From Gemmatimonadaceae bacterium (GTDB lineage: Bacteria; Gemmatimonadota; Gemmatimonadetes; Gemmatimonadales; Gemmatimonadaceae), in the NCBI GenBank assembly GCA_051859245.1, contig JBHYGA010000004.1, forward strand, positions 480,001-544,000: a stretch of DNA of 64,000 nt, read 5' to 3'. The notes below the pieces were generated by a model. It was not told where the DNA came from and ran no database searches. It saw only the letters and a list, made by a program, of their open reading frames with translations. The translations under genes and the position numbers were made by a program. This document shows, in pieces, positions 62,001 through 64,000 of the stretch. Numbering within the stretch: position 1 is the stretch's first letter; every line of letters begins with the position of its first letter.

Positions 62001-62217
62001 GCTGCAGCTTGGCCGCCATGAGGACTTCGCGCTTGAAGCGTTCGACGCTGAGTCCCTCGAGCAACTCGGGGGCGAGCACCTTCACCACAACCTGCCGATC
62101 GAGCGATCGCTCGCGGGCCAGGTAGGTGCGGGACATGCCACCACCGCCGAGTTCCGACTCGAAGGTGTAGGTGTCGGCAAGCGCCTGCTCCAAACGAGCT
62201 CGGAAGGCGTCAGTCAT
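59053..62217 (-). CDS. Ser/Thr protein kinase with TM segments and TPR repeats
   Basis: LGGGGMS, VVVK, HRDIKPDN, DFG, GTPAYMAPE; C-terminal TPRs. Confidence 0.95.
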   Translation of the reverse strand: MTDAFRARLEQALADTYTFESELGGGGMSRTYLARERSLDRQVVVKVLAPELLEGLSVERFKREVLMAAKLQHPHVVPVLASGDANGLPWFSMPYVDGESLRERMLRGPVPLDEALGLLRDVARALAYAHSHGIVHRDIKPDNVLLSAGSATVTDFGIAKAISASRAAGNNTALTQAGMAIGTPAYMAPEQAAADPELDHRADLYAFGAMAYELLSGQQVFAGRTPARVLAAHLGEPPRDIRELQPSLPPDLAAVVMQCLAKSPEDRPQDAASIVRALDASHSGSASGAVRAPARRVRLARALATWAAISVFLLLSVYAATTFIGLPDWALIAAASVALLGLPAVIGTWWVHRTAHRAAAATPTFTPGGTPRAAGTMATIALRASPHVSWTRTWRAGAVAIGALVLLVGGFVATRALGVGPAASLMAKGEFSERETIVVADFRPPADDSLIGTTVAEALRTDLAQSANLSVLTRASVRDILDRMQRPRESIVLYELAREIATREGARAVVDGEIVRLGTTYVISARLVSPLDGSELATFREEAESDETLVNAVGTLSRSIRERVGESLKGIRRTHPLERVTTASLPALRKYVEATQFLGARGDDTRGLQLLQDAVELDSTFAMAWRRIAVVLNNSGSRTPRAAQALENAMRYKDRLSDEERAFTEGYYYTRGPEPDYTKAASAYEEVLRRDSTNSTALNNLSVIYVDLRRYEDAAQALRRSLNTRSASGSNFTNLLQVLYALRDTAGIDSVAQLFAERLPDNADLWEARSWQAYARGLFDSSVVEARQLAKAPKSGRQARLTNAFLSGWAAQRGRPREATGYLAAMHKAATAGAPPGVAVMLATADSAFASVFFWGDVAQARVQLRRATAPAVLEAVPADSRPWPPILLAAAMAGDTSIARLAFETAMRDQLPRTPLRRFAEARGRAYLAMAADEHDAAIGHLRLAIAERASADPEEAFLMGMMHDRAGRPDSAIIWMEAALTSPSLGDFDAVYFPTARRRLAELYDARGDLRRAIRYYDAFLADWTMPEPEQEPVVRAARERVAALRAKLAPG

Positions 62218-62373
62218 GCAGCGGTGGGGGTCATTGCTGCAGAATGTACAGCAGGAAGTTGCCAATGTCGAAGAGCAGCGCGACCGGCTGGCACCTATCG
62301 CTGAACTCTCGCTTTCATCTCACATCTCTTCCACCACGATGACGCTTCTCGACTCTCGCGCCACCTGCAAGCA

Positions 62374-62916
62374 ATGAGCATCGATCCCCGCTCGCTCTGG
62401 GACTACGTGGGTGACGAGCACCCGGCCTTCGCGCAAAAGGCCGGGCCCGGGCAGGAATCGGTGTGGGATTATCCTCGGCCGCCGCGGCTCGAGCCCGACT
62501 CGCGTGAGATCGTGGTGAAGGTCGGTGACGTGGAGATCGTGCGCACCACGCGCGCGCTCCGCATGCTCGAAACCGCCAGTCCGCCCACCTTCTACCTTCC
62601 GTTTGCCGACGCGTCACCGGAGGTGCTCGTTCCGACGGCCGGCGCCGGTCGCTCGCACTGCGAATGGAAGGGCGCGGCCAAGTACTGGTCGCTGGTGGTG
62701 GGTGACACGCGCCTCGACGCCGTGGCGTGGTCGTACCCCGAGCCGAACGCGCCGTATGCGGCGTTGCGCGATCATTTCTCGTTGTATCCGGGGCGCGTGG
62801 CCTGCTTCGTGAATGGGGAGCGCGTGCAGCCGCAGGAGGGTGGGTTCTACGGAGGCTGGGTGACGCACGAGATCGTGGGGCCGTGGAAGGGCGGGCCGGG
62901 TACGGGCGGCTGGTAG
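62374..62916 (+). CDS. DUF427 family protein
   Basis: ESVWDYPRPP, CEWKG.A.YW, AWSYP.P, FYGGW. Confidence 0.9.
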   Translation: MSIDPRSLWDYVGDEHPAFAQKAGPGQESVWDYPRPPRLEPDSREIVVKVGDVEIVRTTRALRMLETASPPTFYLPFADASPEVLVPTAGAGRSHCEWKGAAKYWSLVVGDTRLDAVAWSYPEPNAPYAALRDHFSLYPGRVACFVNGERVQPQEGGFYGGWVTHEIVGPWKGGPGTGGW

Positions 62917-62957
62917 GGCAATCACTTCCGTAGCGAAGGGGCGCGCGCTGCGATGAA

Positions 62958-63386
62958 TCACACGACGGGTGAACGCCACCGCAGTCCCGGGAAGCGCGCG
63001 AAATCCTTGTCGGTCGATATCCACTCTGTGCCGTGTTCAATCGCGAGCGCGGCATGATAGGCATCGGCCACGAGATTCCCGCGCACGCCGTCATGGTTAC
63101 ATAGTGTAAGGAAAATCTCCCAGTGTCGCTCCCCGGGCCGCAGCGCGACCACCCGCGGATGCTCCCGCAGCGCGCTCACGTACTGGGCTGCGGCGTCCAT
63201 CGGCATTGGCGGATCAAAGACGCGCGGGTTGGTGAGCACACGGAGTACGCCAGAGAGCACCAACTCGGAGATGCCGACGGGTTCCTGCGCGGCGAGCGCA
63301 TCGTCGAGCCACGCGCGAAACTCGGCGTGGCGCGGCGCGTCGTCACGCGCGGCGTACACGAGCACATTGACGTCGGGCGAGATCAC
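62958..63386 (-). CDS. vapC: PIN-domain toxin
   Basis: PDVNVLVYA, DAYHAALAIE, STDKDFARF. Confidence 0.92.
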   Translation of the reverse strand: MISPDVNVLVYAARDDAPRHAEFRAWLDDALAAQEPVGISELVLSGVLRVLTNPRVFDPPMPMDAAAQYVSALREHPRVVALRPGERHWEIFLTLCNHDGVRGNLVADAYHAALAIEHGTEWISTDKDFARFPGLRWRSPVV

Positions 63387-63628
63387 GGCCCGTCGTTATC
63401 CATGAGCGCGAGCAGTGCAGCGTTGTTGTCGAGATCGACGCCAGGGCGTAGTCCATTGCCACCACGAAACACCGGAATCACGGGTGTGTGCGCTGGCGCT
63501 TCACGGTCCGCGAGGACCGCAGTCCGCAACGCGTCCTCGATGAACTCGTTCAACGACCGCCCGGCGCGCGCGGCGCGTGCCTTCGCTTCCCGAAGCAGGT
63601 GATCATCGAGGCGGATAGTGGTTCTCAT
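63383..63628 (-). CDS. vapB: Ribbon-helix-helix antitoxin
   Basis: MRTTIRLDDHLL..AK..AA..GRSL..FIEDALR; GVDLD. Confidence 0.88.
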   Translation of the reverse strand: MRTTIRLDDHLLREAKARAARAGRSLNEFIEDALRTAVLADREAPAHTPVIPVFRGGNGLRPGVDLDNNAALLALMDNDGP

Positions 63629-63647
63629 ACATCTGAACACTACAAAG

Positions 63648-63663
63648 TGACATTAAAATGTCA
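63648..63663. promoter_or_regulatory. Palindrome upstream of vapB
   Basis: TGACATT-AA-AATGTCA perfect 7 bp arms, ~20 nt before the start. Confidence 0.55.
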
Positions 63664-64000
63664 ACCAACAGTCTCAATATGGAGTCAATAACTCCATAAA
63701 TCATCGCAATATGGAGGTAGAGGAACAGCGACCAAGTGCGCCCCGCGGACCTGCGCAGGCTCAAGGCATTCGTCGACGAATACTCCGAGTGCACACCGTG
63801 GCTACTGTATCGCGGCGCGCAGCGTCTTGAGATTGATGGCGTGAGGTGTTGGCCGGTGGCGCAGTTTCTGGCCGAGTTGGTGCCTGGCGGGTGGCCGGGC
63901 TAACCAGAGGACTCGGGCGCGCGAAGGTGATCTGACGGGTTTCCCATTTCGAGGCGCTCGAACAGTGCATGATCGAAGATCGGGGCCTGAACGCTATTCG

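Noticed and set aside
63660..64000. Short ORFs at the right edge
   Set aside because: No motif support, and context is cut by the window end

Overview
GC-rich bacterial chromosome segment; gene content (TonB receptors, carboxypeptidase-regulatory-domain proteins, beta-propellers, Ser/Thr kinase-TPR) suggests Gemmatimonadota, by inference. Core-like blocks are a redox cluster (trxA, MFS, Old Yellow Enzyme), a TonB receptor, an exonuclease, a two-component pair, mlaED and sahR-ahcY. Three accessory blocks are each bracketed by diverged direct repeats, with no integrase or transposase visible. (1) A 5.4 kb block between two copies of a secreted-protein gene encodes two paralogous 8-Cys secreted peptides, a beta-propeller, a DsbA that has lost its CxxC, and TPR and AraC regulators. 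(2) A ~19 kb tandem island at the ahcY 3' end carries the best novel-system candidate: a tightly coupled operon of adenine methyltransferase, GHKL-ATPase/histidine-kinase fusion, receiver-domain protein and ComEC-like MBL hydrolase, converging on a PD-(D/E)xK-like protein. (3) An S8 protease block lies between a full and a half copy of rhuM. The right end is rich in toxin-antitoxin modules with attC-like remnants. No rRNA, tRNA or CRISPR array was recognised. All calls come from motif reading only, with no database searches.
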